From positions 23,865 through 87,864 of the forward strand of contig QCFC01000002.1 of the NCBI GenBank assembly GCA_003278465.1: a DNA stretch of 64,000 nucleotides. The letters run 5' to 3'. Under the pieces are notes generated by a model. That model did no database searches and was not told where the DNA came from. It saw only the letters and a list, made by a program, of their open reading frames with translations. Position numbers and translations under genes: made by a program. This document shows, in pieces, positions 9,866-19,509 of this stretch. Each line of letters opens with the position of its first letter. Position 1 is the stretch's first letter. This DNA is from Prochlorococcus sp. AG-363-B04 (GTDB lineage: Bacteria; Cyanobacteriota; Cyanobacteriia; PCC-6307; Cyanobiaceae).

Positions 9866-10120
9866 ATCATGGAATTAAATCCCTTTAAGCCATTAAAGCA
9901 GATTACTCAGAGGATCTACATTAGATCTAATAAAACAAGTTTTTGGAATCTATTTTATTGATTTTAAAAGTAACCTCTATTAAGGATTATTTCTCACCTA
10001 GACAAATAGAATACCCTTATATCATTAGATAACTATCTGATTTTATAGGGCTTATCTCAAGAGTCATAGCAAAAAGGGACAGATTAGTCTTCTTCTTCTT
10101 TATTTATTTGGTTGAAGAGT

Positions 10121-10164
10121 AAAAAGACATGGGATCTCTTCATATGAGACCCATGTCTTTTTTT
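10121..10164 (+). terminator. intrinsic terminator-like hairpin downstream of the hli array
   Basis: AAAAAGACATGGG...CCCATGTCTTTTTTT: stem flanked by an A-run and a T-run. Confidence 0.6.
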
Positions 10165-10277
10165 AATTGTAAGGAATAACAGTTTTAGCGAATACAGAAT
10201 TGTTAAGCTATCTTTTAGTTAAAATTATACTGGGGATGGGCAATCCCTTTGGACTTATTTAATTTTTTAAGGCTAGT

Positions 10278-10706
10278 ATGACCCGAATTAACTTAGTTAG
10301 TCCAGCTGAATTATCAGATCAACATTTAGTAGCTGAGTATAGAGAAATATTTATGATAGGATCGGCCCTACAGCGTTCACTGAAGTCTAAAAATTGGCTT
10401 ATTACAAAGAAAAACTTACCTAAAGATTTTACATTAAATCGTGGCCATGTAATGTTTTTCTATGACAAAGGTGAGTATTTGCATGATAGATATTTAAAAA
10501 TCGTTGTTGAAATGAAAAATAGAGGAATGAGGCCTAACCCTAAACGTAAATTTAAAAAGGACCAATGGCCAAAGAAATTTTATAACACATGGGAGCCTAA
10601 TGATAGAGATTTGGCAATTGTTCGGGAAAGAATAAGGATGAAAATCAATCAGAAACCTGATTGGTATAAATGGAGTAATAAAGCTGACTTGATAGAAAAA
10701 AATTAG
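10278..10706 (+). CDS. denV: pyrimidine dimer DNA glycosylase / AP lyase (T4 endonuclease V family)
   Basis: MTRINLVSPAELSDQHLVAEYREI... and ...GHVMFFYDKGEYL...KPDWYKW parallel T4 DenV (MTRINL..LxDQHLxAEYREL, GHVTFFYDK, PTWYKY). Confidence 0.85.
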   Translation: MTRINLVSPAELSDQHLVAEYREIFMIGSALQRSLKSKNWLITKKNLPKDFTLNRGHVMFFYDKGEYLHDRYLKIVVEMKNRGMRPNPKRKFKKDQWPKKFYNTWEPNDRDLAIVRERIRMKINQKPDWYKWSNKADLIEKN

Positions 10707-10799
10707 AATTTACATGTATACCTAAACTGATAGATTGATCAAGAAGAGTTTTTTTATTTAATGGATTCCTTTTGTTCGTCGTGATAATGGTTTAATTTA

Positions 10800-11825
10800 T
10801 TAACTATTTATGGATGACGGTTCGTCTTCTTTGTTCCCTATCCAAGTAATCCGGCGCTTTATATCTAATCTTGCAATAACATTGGCGTCTATAGTTTGAA
10901 AACTTTTTCGTGGAATTGAGGTGCGTATCATTCTAATGAAGGAGTTTAGATCTTTTCCTTCAAGCGCATTCCCTCTAGCAAAAAGCATTTTTTGTTCTTG
11001 TTCCCTTTTCCATTTCTCGCAATAATTAAAGTTGTTTGCTTTTATATGCCAAATTCTATTGCAAAGAGACCATATCTTTTCATAATCAAGTAGAGACTCT
11101 TCAACCAGGCTTCTATATAGGATTTCTTCTTCTGTCATTCGTTCCAAAATTTCATTTTTGTTCTTCCGCATTTGTGCTGAATCTTTTATTTTCTTGCAGC
11201 CTAAAAACCAGCCTTCGATTATTAGAACCTTTGGAATGGACCTCCTCCACCCTATACGGTTTCCTCTCCCATTTCTTAATGCCTTATCAAATAACGGAGT
11301 TATTAATTCTCCGTTGACTTTCCAATTTTCTATACTCTGTTCTATTAATTCGATTGAGTGGCTTCCAGGTAAGGCTCTAGGAACATTCCAGGGATTACCA
11401 GCCATAGCTTTTTCCAATTCTTTAGCAGGAAAATAAAAATCATCCAAGGAAACAACAGTTAATGGCCAATTCAATTCAGTCGCTGCTGCTTCTAGCCATT
11501 TCCCTAGGCTTGTTTTGCCACAGCCAGGCAAACCAGAAATTCCATAGATTATTTTTTTCTGAGCAGATAAAAAATGTTGTTCAAGATCTGTAAGTAATGG
11601 GAGGCCTAGTCCCCAAATCCAGTCAGATTTGATATTAGAAGGCCAGGCATTAGAAGCAAGCTTGATTCCGCCAATCTTTTCCCAATGGACTAACCAAGCA
11701 TTAAAATCAGACCATCCCAAGTTTTTAATTAGATTTTCGTAGTCTCCTAATGGAAATAGAATATTAGGGTCACTTGGAATAGACCAAGGAGAAACTTTCT
11801 TCAAGGTGAAAAGTCTATTTTTCAA
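10800..11825 (-). CDS. P-loop kinase, plant-type D-glycerate 3-kinase (GLYK/COG4240)-like
   Basis: Walker A GISGLPGCGKTS followed by VVSLDDFYF, the pattern of GLYK-type kinases. Confidence 0.6.
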   Translation of the reverse strand: MKNRLFTLKKVSPWSIPSDPNILFPLGDYENLIKNLGWSDFNAWLVHWEKIGGIKLASNAWPSNIKSDWIWGLGLPLLTDLEQHFLSAQKKIIYGISGLPGCGKTSLGKWLEAAATELNWPLTVVSLDDFYFPAKELEKAMAGNPWNVPRALPGSHSIELIEQSIENWKVNGELITPLFDKALRNGRGNRIGWRRSIPKVLIIEGWFLGCKKIKDSAQMRKNKNEILERMTEEEILYRSLVEESLLDYEKIWSLCNRIWHIKANNFNYCEKWKREQEQKMLFARGNALEGKDLNSFIRMIRTSIPRKSFQTIDANVIARLDIKRRITWIGNKEDEPSSINS

Positions 11826-12007
11826 TTGTATAGAACACTCTATAATTGAGGTTGGATTTTTGTTAAAAAATATTCTTACTAAATTAAATTAATCTATATA
11901 ATAATGCGCAAAATGCTATTAAATCTTAACCAAAGTGGTTTTAATAATATGCTTGTTTCATATGTTATTTTTGCCTAGTCTGTTAACACCTGATCTCGTT
12001 GCTAGTC

Positions 12008-13000
12008 ATGTCCTACTCAAAGAAGGCTTACTTAATATCTTCTTTGCTTGTTATAGGTACAGGTATTAGTGCGTGTAATGTTTCAGAGTCCTCTTCTGTT
12101 GTTAGGCTAAGTGGAGCGGGAGCAACTTTTCCTGCAAAGGTTTACACGAGATGGTTTTCTGATCTTGCCAAGTCTGGGGGTCCCAAAGTTAATTATCAAG
12201 CAATAGGTTCCGGCTCAGGTCGTAAAGCTTTTATTGATGAAACAATAGATTTTGGTGCATCTGATGAGCCAATGCAAGCTAGTGATTTGGCCAAGGTGAG
12301 GCGTGGCTTGGTTCAAATACCTATGGTTGGAGGCACTATAGCTTTTGGATATAACAAGCCAGGATGTGATCTGAAACTAACCCAAAGGGAAGCAGTTCAG
12401 ATAGCCATGGGCAAAATTAAAGATTGGACTGAATTGAGATGCTCATCAGGAAAGCTAACTTGGGTTCATCGATCTGATGGCTCTGGCACTACTAAAGCTT
12501 TTACAAGTTCAATGGATGCTTTTTCAAGTGAATGGACACTTGGTAGTGGCAAGTCAGTTAAATGGCCAGCTGGGGTTGGAGGTAAAGGTAATGCTGGGGT
12601 TGCAGGCATAATCAAAAATACACCAGGTGCGATCGGCTATATCAATCAGTCATATGTCAAGGGGGTAGTCAAAGCAGCAGCTTTGCAAAACTTGTCAGGT
12701 CAGTTTTTGAAGCCTTCATCAATAAGTGGTTCTGTCGCTCTCAATAAGATTCAATTAGATCAAAATCTTGCTGGCAATGATCCCAACCCAAGTGGAAGAG
12801 ATGCTTATCCAATAGCAACGCTTACATGGATTTTGGCTTATGAAACGGAAAATGGCTCTAAAACCAAAGCCATTCAGGAGGCATTGAGCAGAGTGCTAAG
12901 TGATGAGTATCAAGAAAAAGTTTCGGGATTAGGTTTTGTTCCTTTAAAGGGTGAGATTCTTAAGAAATCGAGAGGTGCTGTTTTAAGGATTGGCGAGTAG
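12008..13000 (+). CDS. pstS: phosphate ABC transporter substrate-binding protein
   Basis: GAGATFPAKVYTRWF, GSGSGRKAFIDETIDFGASDEP and a lipoprotein-like N-terminus (ISAC). ATG at 12008 is preferred to the TTG at 11999. Confidence 0.9.
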   Translation: MSYSKKAYLISSLLVIGTGISACNVSESSSVVRLSGAGATFPAKVYTRWFSDLAKSGGPKVNYQAIGSGSGRKAFIDETIDFGASDEPMQASDLAKVRRGLVQIPMVGGTIAFGYNKPGCDLKLTQREAVQIAMGKIKDWTELRCSSGKLTWVHRSDGSGTTKAFTSSMDAFSSEWTLGSGKSVKWPAGVGGKGNAGVAGIIKNTPGAIGYINQSYVKGVVKAAALQNLSGQFLKPSSISGSVALNKIQLDQNLAGNDPNPSGRDAYPIATLTWILAYETENGSKTKAIQEALSRVLSDEYQEKVSGLGFVPLKGEILKKSRGAVLRIGE

Positions 13001-13617
13001 ATTCAATGGCATTATTATTTTAGAAATTAGCCTAATACATTAAAAAGGAAATAAGCTTCTTTGTAGTCCTTGTTTTCTTGTTGACTCTCATGAAATAGTG
13101 ATCTGGATATTTTGTTTTTTGCAATGATTTAACAGCCGCATTTTTGTGAGAGTAAGGTATGATTATTTTGTTTCTGGCTAGGTTTTTTGAGTCTTAAGTT
13201 AAAGCTGAACTCTGACTTTTGGCTTGATTAAAAAAAAGGACTCACATCACTTTAAAGCTTTATTTGCCCCTAGATTATAAAGAATTCTTGACTTATTTCT
13301 AATTCATGGGCAGCATATTATAAGTTATGTTAATTAACTTGGAAAGATGTTAGAACCGAATCTAATAATGAATTATTTTAAGCAAAATTTCTCTTCTTTT
13401 TTTGTAATCAACTGTATGTAATCTATAATCAAGCATGGGCTATTAACCTTTGATTTTGATTTAATATTAGATATCAATTTATGGTTTAGATTGATGGCTT
13501 GTTATTCGACAACAATTTAAATTTAAAATCGGATTAATCATGAATTTAGTTTAATTTAGACTCTTGTCTTGTGTTTTTTGCTTAGGATTGAAGTATTGAC
13601 TTCAAATTAATTATTCC

Positions 13618-13803
13618 ATGCCTATCATTTTTTCTACTGGTCTAGTTATGAGCCCAGTGGCTTGGGTCTTAACAGTTATTTCTGTTATTGGATTTTTAGT
13701 AATGTTTGGAATAGCTTCTTTAAAGGGAGACTATCAAGGGCTTTCTAAAAGTATCTTAGAGAATGATCGATTGAAGCGAACTCAAAGTCAACTAAAAAAA
13801 TGA
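13618..13803 (+). CDS. hypothetical small membrane protein
   Basis: 61-aa ORF with one or two hydrophobic helices. Confidence 0.35.
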   Translation: MPIIFSTGLVMSPVAWVLTVISVIGFLVMFGIASLKGDYQGLSKSILENDRLKRTQSQLKK

Positions 13804-13884
13804 TAGGACAGTTTTTATGTTGACTCTGAGATTGGTATTTTAAAATCTCTATGGGCTATAAGTGGACCTCTTTATTGATTAGAA

Positions 13885-14181
13885 ATGAAATCTGAAAATA
13901 GTTCTTCAGGAGCTCTCCTTGAGACTAGTAGGTTAAAACAGTTTTTTATCTCACAGTGGGATGCTCTTAATAAGAACCAAAAGGCTTCACTAAAAAAAGT
14001 ATGGGGAATTCTGACCTATAAGTGGAGATGGCAGATTGCTTTGAATATTCCGTATATGGCAATCTTTGCTTTAGATCGTACTATTCCTGAAGTACACAAA
14101 TTTGATATGGCTTTATTGGCATCTGTTGTTTCCAGACTCCCACTTCCAGCTTTCATCGCATCATCACTTGGAATTAGCTAG
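13885..14181 (+). CDS. hypothetical protein
   Basis: 98-aa ORF, no motif recognised. Confidence 0.35.
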   Translation: MKSENSSSGALLETSRLKQFFISQWDALNKNQKASLKKVWGILTYKWRWQIALNIPYMAIFALDRTIPEVHKFDMALLASVVSRLPLPAFIASSLGIS

Positions 14182-14319
14182 GTAATCAGTTTTAGGTTTC
14201 AGATAACTTTGGGCTTTTACAAAACTCCTAAGCAGATTAGACTACTGACCGAAAGAAACATCTATTCGTGTCATCCGTACTATTGATTTAGTTCAGACCG
14301 AACATGGTCTTCGCAAGGT

Positions 14320-14586
14320 ATGAGTCATTCTCTTTGGGTATTTAAAAAGGGTCGACTTATGCCGCAGTCAAATTTGCTGGTTGCTTTCTTAACCTTTTGC
14401 TCACTATGGTCTGTGTGGTCAATTTGGATTGCTGTCCAGCCAATCTTGAGTTTTACCCAGTTGGCCTGGTTGTTTCCCTTATTGCCTTTCTCAGCCCTTT
14501 TACTTGCCTTCTCATTCTTTGATAATGATGACGACAATGATGACGGAGGCATTGTAGAGCCTATTTATCAGAGGGTAAGATCATGA
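14320..14586 (+). CDS. hypothetical membrane protein with an acidic DDDNDD tail
   Basis: 88-aa ORF with two hydrophobic helices; the antisense ORF 14325-14552 is judged spurious. Confidence 0.35.
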   Translation: MSHSLWVFKKGRLMPQSNLLVAFLTFCSLWSVWSIWIAVQPILSFTQLAWLFPLLPFSALLLAFSFFDNDDDNDDGGIVEPIYQRVRS

Positions 14587-14720
14587 AGTGTGATGGGGTT
14601 TATAGTTTGAAAATCTGCTCCAATGCTTTATTTTCAATTGATTTCAGTCTTATTTGCTAGTAAATATACAAACATAATAAAAACTAAATCTTATAAACAT
14701 ACAAACAAACTGAATTCCAC

Positions 14721-14942
14721 ATGGATCATCAAAAATATACAGACGAAGAACTTACTGAAATTTGCGAAGATGCCTTTGTAAATGTAAAAGAGGCATGCAA
14801 ACGACTTCAAGAAAGAACAAGATGCTCAAATGATGTAGTTGTATCTATGCTTCGAAATGTAGCTGAGTTTTACATCTCTCAGGATGATCCTGACTATAGT
14901 GATGACGATGCTTTTCGTGGCATTGAAGATCTTAAAGCTTGA
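14721..14942 (+). CDS. hypothetical acidic protein
   Basis: 73-aa ORF. Confidence 0.4.
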   Translation: MDHQKYTDEELTEICEDAFVNVKEACKRLQERTRCSNDVVVSMLRNVAEFYISQDDPDYSDDDAFRGIEDLKA

Positions 14943-15102
14943 AACTAATTATCGACTCTTAAGCCCTATTAACTTAAATTTTTTAAGAATGTAGGATAAA
15001 TTTTTTTCTCAATAGATTTTATTTTTTGCTAGAGCTTTTTTTATTTATTATCTATTATGAGAAAAAGCAATACACAAGAGACCGTTATCAGAAGAACTTT
15101 AT

Positions 15103-15243
15103 ATGCCTAGGTATCGCAGCCCATACTGCGAACCTCATCGTCGCTATCCTTTGAGAAACGGAAGACGTCCAGGAATTTGTAAGCAATATGGGGAACCTTT
15201 GTTACTTATCCCATTTGTAAGGCCAATGCAGGTTTTTGCATAA
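15103..15243 (+). CDS. possible 46-aa basic mini-protein
   Basis: My translation is MPRYRSPYCEPHRRYPLRNGRRPGICKQYGEPLLLIPFVRPMQVFA; below the track cutoff. Confidence 0.25.
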   Translation: MPRYRSPYCEPHRRYPLRNGRRPGICKQYGEPLLLIPFVRPMQVFA

Positions 15244-15639
15244 ACTGTGGCCTCTTTATTATTTTGCTCCTTTGGTAGTCCAATGGTAGTCCAAATCTAT
15301 ATTTGTCCGAGATTTCCATAAGCCGTGCCCAAATAGATTTCTTTCTCCGTCCTTAGAAGGACTTTCGATATTAGAAACCGATTTGAGGTTTTTTCGCTTG
15401 GTTCATAATGATGAGCGATATGACAAGGCTTTTCTTGAAACCCATTGATAATCCTGGATTTGTTGGATAAATTTTTTACAGGAGCTCAGTGCTTAGGTTT
15501 TTTATAGGTTGAAAGTCTTAGTGGCTTTGATTATTTTCTAAGGCTTTGGCTGGCTGTATGATCTGTGAATTTTATTTGCCGGTGATGATATGAGTTAATA
15601 ATCTACTTGCCAAAAATGGATTCTGGCTTCATAATTGTT

Positions 15640-15679
15640 TTTGTAGCAGTTGCTACAAAAACGTTCACCTTGCTACAAA
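15640..15679 (+). promoter_or_regulatory. NtcA-type palindrome TGTA-N8-TACA plus a third direct half-site 20 bp downstream
   Basis: TTTGTAGCAgtTGCTACAAA (GTA 15643-45, TAC 15654-56), then TGCTACAAA again at 15671-79; about 60-100 nt upstream of the DUF4278 ORF. Confidence 0.4.
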
Positions 15680-15741
15680 GCGAGGCGCAGTTCGACCCAA
15701 GCCAAGGAACGGGGACTTGGGCAAATCTCGGACTCTGAATT

Positions 15742-15909
15742 ATGACTACTCTCCTCTATCGCGGAAAAGATTACGTTCAGCATAAAGAAGCTGTTTCTAA
15801 GCAGCCAGTTGAATTGACTTACCGTAGAACCGTTTACACAAGCAGAAAGCATATGGTGCATTCTGATCATCCTGTTTTGACTTATAGAGGTAGAAAATAT
15901 ACTAAGTAA
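15742..15909 (+). CDS. DUF4278 family small protein (55 aa), not in ORF track
   Basis: My translation is MTTLLYRGKDYVQHKEAVSKQPVELTYRRTVYTSRKHMVHSDHPVLTYRGRKYTK. The repeated YRG..Y modules are typical of cyanobacterial DUF4278. Confidence 0.6.
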   Translation: MTTLLYRGKDYVQHKEAVSKQPVELTYRRTVYTSRKHMVHSDHPVLTYRGRKYTK

Positions 15910-16902
15910 GTTAGATAAGTTCTAATGAATACAGAGTAAAGGTCTCCTCAAAGAGGCTTTTACTCTATCGTTATTTTTTTTGATGAGCTAAAAAAACTAT
16001 TAATCAAAAAAACTCTCAAAGCCAAAGTGGTCAATAGAAAATTCATCATTTTTTGCAATGTAGCCATTCTAATCACTAAGGCTGTATAGGGAGGCTATGT
16101 AATAGTAATTTATTAGAATTTAAGCATACAAAAACCACTCTTGTTCTTCTCCTGATTGGAGTCTAAGCAGAACAAATTTAGCAGGTAAGTATAAAAATCT
16201 GTGAGCTATAATCATTATTATGGGCCAATGTTGAAAGTTTATTTGTATTCTGAAACTCAGAAGATCTCTAAAATATAAAGTTGTAAGGATGTGCTTAAGC
16301 CCACAAACTAATGAGGAGCATAAAGATAAAATGCATATTTTTTTTTCTTTCTCTAAAATATGAAATCTCTTTATAATGGTTTTTTATTAATTGAGTCTAA
16401 AAGAGCTTATAAGGTAATTACGTTCTCCTGAATGATCATTAACCGATAATGCCTTTTATCTAAAGGCCTCTTTTGAGGAAGTGAAATTGTGATCCCAAAG
16501 GTAAGGTTATGAAAATTGGAGTATGTGTCGAATATGGGCTACTAAAGGATTGAACTACCCGATGTCCTATGGCTTCTTATGCCTGGGCTAGAAGCAGATC
16601 TTTTTTGTTGAGGTTCTGGCCCTTAAATAACCGATCTATTTCAAGTGAGTTGACTCATGAAAACTCTGAAAAGCACAATCAAAAATCGCCAAGGAGAAAT
16701 CATCGATATCTTTCTGCAATAGAGAATGGAGGAATTTGGCTTTCATGAATAATCAATCTGAATCTCTTCTTATTGTATCTAAGTTATTTCTGCCTTGATT
16801 TGTTAACTAAAGGTATTATTATCTGATTAAAATAATGAAGAACAAAACACCTAGATTTACCTGAATTTGTTTTGATATTGAGTCTTAAGACTTCTAATTT
16901 AC

Positions 16903-17145
16903 TTGATTAGATGCACTAAGAACTATCTGTATGGATTTAGGGGGGGGTTGGCTAAAGGCGTATCAGTGTGTTATATAGGTTGTATGAAAAGAAAAAACAA
17001 ACGAATCACTAAATTGGATTCACAGGCCAATTTTGAAGAGATTGATACTAGGTTGGCATTAGGTTGGCATCCTTCTCCTCAAGATAGTGGTCAAAGGAAA
17101 AGGTATCTGAAATCACTAAAAGCTAATTCTCAGGTAAGTATTTAA
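16903..17145 (+). CDS. hypothetical basic protein (true start may be ATG at 16984)
   Basis: 80-aa ORF; contains a perfect 11-nt tandem duplication at 17049-17070. Confidence 0.25.
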   Translation: MIRCTKNYLYGFRGGLAKGVSVCYIGCMKRKNKRITKLDSQANFEEIDTRLALGWHPSPQDSGQRKRYLKSLKANSQVSI

Positions 17146-17173
17146 GTTTATACTGCTCTGTTTTTAATTGCCT

Positions 17174-17335
17174 TTAGGCTGCGACCTTGGCATCTCTATC
17201 CTCATCAACTAGCTCTGAAATCAGCCTTGATGCAACAAGTTCTAGTGATTTCTCTTTGCTTTTATCACAGAGTGGATCTTTGTTGATGAAGCAATCATCT
17301 ACAAAATCATCAAAAGCTGCATTCCCTGAGTCCAT
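17174..17335 (-). CDS. possible 53-aa acidic mini-protein
   Basis: My translation is MDSGNAAFDDFVDDCFINKDPLCDKSKEKSLELVASRLISELVDEDRDAKVAA. Confidence 0.25.
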   Translation of the reverse strand: MDSGNAAFDDFVDDCFINKDPLCDKSKEKSLELVASRLISELVDEDRDAKVAA

Positions 17336-17676
17336 TAGGATTTAAAGTATTCTCTTTACCATCTCAACAAATACTTTGAACTTGTCAACTGAATATTAAG
17401 TAATTTTTTGCTATTTTTCTAGGGCTCTGCCATCAGTTCTTATAATTACTAATCTAATTAATATTTTAACTTAGATTATTTGTGTTTAGAAAAAACCTGA
17501 ATTAAGTTCCATTGAATATTTTTAATAGATATTGCCTTTCTTTTGAGGGGATGCTCCCTTGGTATTTATACTTGATTATTAAAAGATTCTTTTTTTTAGT
17601 TGACTTTTATGTTGTTAAAAATTATCTGTTGGTGACTAATTTAGCTTCTTTAGCTTCTAAGAACTTTCATTCTGGC

Positions 17677-17859
17677 TTAGTGATGCATAGGCTTAAACCT
17701 TCTTTTCCCGACCTTGCATACAGGACAAATCCAGTTTGGTGGAAGATTCTTAAAAGGCGTACCAGGTGGAATATTTTGACTAGGATCTCCTAGTGCTGGG
17801 TTATAGGAATAGATACAGTCTCTGCATTGGTACCTGCGTTCATTAAGAGTTACTAGCAT
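17677..17859 (-). CDS. rubredoxin
   Basis: Two CxxC knuckles (CRDCIYSY...GDP...PPGTPF..LP..W.CPVC), the classical rubredoxin pattern. Confidence 0.85.
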   Translation of the reverse strand: MLVTLNERRYQCRDCIYSYNPALGDPSQNIPPGTPFKNLPPNWICPVCKVGKRRFKPMHH

Positions 17860-18127
17860 TGATAATTACGTTACTTCTCTAAAGTTGGCGGAAAAATAGA
17901 ATATTGACTCTTTTTTTAAGACCATGTAACAACTTGATCTTTTCTTTTTGGTATTTTGTCCCACTTGAAGAAAGTATCTGTCTTACAACATTTATTGAGG
18001 ATGCGCTTATTGGATGGATATTTTTATATCTCTTTCTAGTTCAATTTATTCGTTTAAGAATGAATCCAAGTAACTTTTAAGGTGTCTTTTCCTCTGATGA
18101 AAATAGTTTATTATTTTCTGGGTTGCC

Positions 18128-18706
18128 TTAGTTATCTTCTTCAAGGAGTTGATCAGTTCCTAATAAATTTAGTTCTTCAATTGATTGCTCTGTCTGGGCT
18201 TCCTTATTAATCATGTCCTGATCACTATCCAGAAGATCTAAGCTTTGTATTCTTGGATTATTGATGGAGTCTTCACTTATTAATTCCTGATTGGATTCGG
18301 AAATCGACATGTCTTCAACTTGTGAGTTTAATATTGAGGCTTCATCTAGCAATTCTTTGCCAATTTCTGGCATATCTATGCTCTCAGTATTGGGCTGAGT
18401 TATGAAATCGGAGTCGTTTTCGATATTATCTGTTTTTTGAATAAGATCAGTATATTGATTGGAATTTATTTGATTATCCTCGTTAGGTCCTTTGAAATTC
18501 CGTTCATATATATCTTGTGCCAACAGAAATGACAGTTCTTTAACATCTCCAATAAATGCCTTCTCACTTAAATAGATATCTTTTAGAACATTTTTTATTT
18601 CTGACTCAACTGGACTTCTACTCAGGAGTGCAATTCCACTCCAGCTTGCAAGAATTATTGACAGAAAAATCAATAGGGAGATAAAGCGGCGGATTAGTTT
18701 GATCAT
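18128..18706 (-). CDS. hypothetical N-terminally anchored, highly acidic protein
   Basis: 192-aa ORF with a TM helix (ISLLIFLSIILASW) followed by a D/E/S/N-rich low-complexity region. Confidence 0.5.
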   Translation of the reverse strand: MIKLIRRFISLLIFLSIILASWSGIALLSRSPVESEIKNVLKDIYLSEKAFIGDVKELSFLLAQDIYERNFKGPNEDNQINSNQYTDLIQKTDNIENDSDFITQPNTESIDMPEIGKELLDEASILNSQVEDMSISESNQELISEDSINNPRIQSLDLLDSDQDMINKEAQTEQSIEELNLLGTDQLLEEDN

Positions 18707-19160
18707 TATTCATATTTAAAATGTAGGTTTAAAATCCCATTTAAATAAGCTGGAGTCAAGGGCTTGAAACAAGTTTGCTCTAGATGAACCTTCTAGGTCA
18801 TCAAAAATTAAATTAATCAAGTTCTAAAGAGAAATTCTTGTATGATTTGAACAAGATATATAGATCAAATACCGAAATAAGGCATTTCAAGTGTGGCTTC
18901 TAGATATTTCATAATTGGTATTAAGCGAGAGCTATATTTTGTTTGATTTTAGTTTGTAAAAATTTTTGCTCTTAAGCAATTAATAAGTATGAGTTTTAGT
19001 AATCAATGATCATAATTAATTTAAATTCAACTGATTGATCTTTTCTTGTTGCTTCTTGTTGGTAAAGACACATTTAGATTGATTTTGTATGGACTTAGTA
19101 CTCGACTTTCTTGGTGAGTCCTTTTAATTGATTTGTTTTTTAATATAGGAGCTTTCTCAA

Positions 19161-19205
19161 TTAGCAAAAAGAGTGCAGAATCTCATTCTGCACTCTTTTT
19201 GCTAA
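19161..19205 (-). terminator. 21-bp perfect hairpin, terminator of the small gene at 19247-19438
   Basis: TTAGCAAAAAGAGTGCAGAAT-ctc-ATTCTGCACTCTTTTTGCTAA. Confidence 0.65.
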
Positions 19206-19246
19206 TCCTTGAATTTTCTTGGCTAATAAAATTATAAATTTATTTA

Positions 19247-19438
19247 TTAGTCGCGCTTAGCCCAAGGATCTACCCTTTTTGAGTCGTCAGAGTAGTAGAA
19301 AAATTGTGAAGCACCGAATACTACGCCTAGTGCGCAGATAACTGGGGCCAATTCAAATCCTCCTGAGGGCTTAATTAAACCGATGTCAGATGGGTGAGGT
19401 AGTTGTGTTGCGAAATCAATGATGTGATTGATCATCAA
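19247..19438 (-). CDS. small membrane protein, paralog A of a two-member family in this window
   Basis: MMINHIIDFATQLPHPSDIGLIKPSGG... is very similar to 37225-37410 (MITHILDFATQLPHPSDIGLVKPSSG...), with one TM helix. Confidence 0.55.
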   Translation of the reverse strand: MMINHIIDFATQLPHPSDIGLIKPSGGFELAPVICALGVVFGASQFFYYSDDSKRVDPWAKRD

Positions 19439-19458
19439 TTAAAGAGCTGATCCCAGTA

Positions 19459-19509
19459 CTTATAACCCACTGGAGCATGCTTCAGGAACACACTGTTGCA
19501 CCTTGAAAA
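19459..19509 (-). promoter_or_regulatory. conserved upstream architecture (TTTTCAAGGTGCAACA-N24-TGGGTTATAAG-N23-ATG), copy A
   Basis: The same two blocks with identical spacings occur upstream of the paralog at 37434-37484. Confidence 0.5.

Noticed and set aside
11914-11990. Pho box upstream of pstS
   Set aside because: One perfect PyTTAAPyPy(T/A) octamer (CTTAACCA, 11925-11932) and a TTAAC at 11983 are present. However, the expected second and third repeats at 11-bp phasing match only 4-5 of 8 positions, too weak to call by eye.
15271-15300. tRNA-like D-loop string (GGTAGTCCAATGGTAG)
   Set aside because: There is no T-arm (GTTCGA-type), no acceptor-stem complementarity and no anticodon arm. 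It is simply an 11-nt tandem duplication.
15673-15870. 65-aa minus-strand ORF
   Set aside because: It is antisense to the DUF4278 ORF, whose YRG..Y repeat signature is recognisable.
16569-16720. About 50-aa plus-strand ORF (MASYAWARSRSFLLRFWPL...)
   Set aside because: On re-reading the frame it ends earlier than first thought, and it has no hydrophobic or motif structure. There is insufficient support.
17512-17793. 93-aa plus-strand ORF
   Set aside because: It is antisense to the rubredoxin gene, which has the full CxxC...CPxC pattern.
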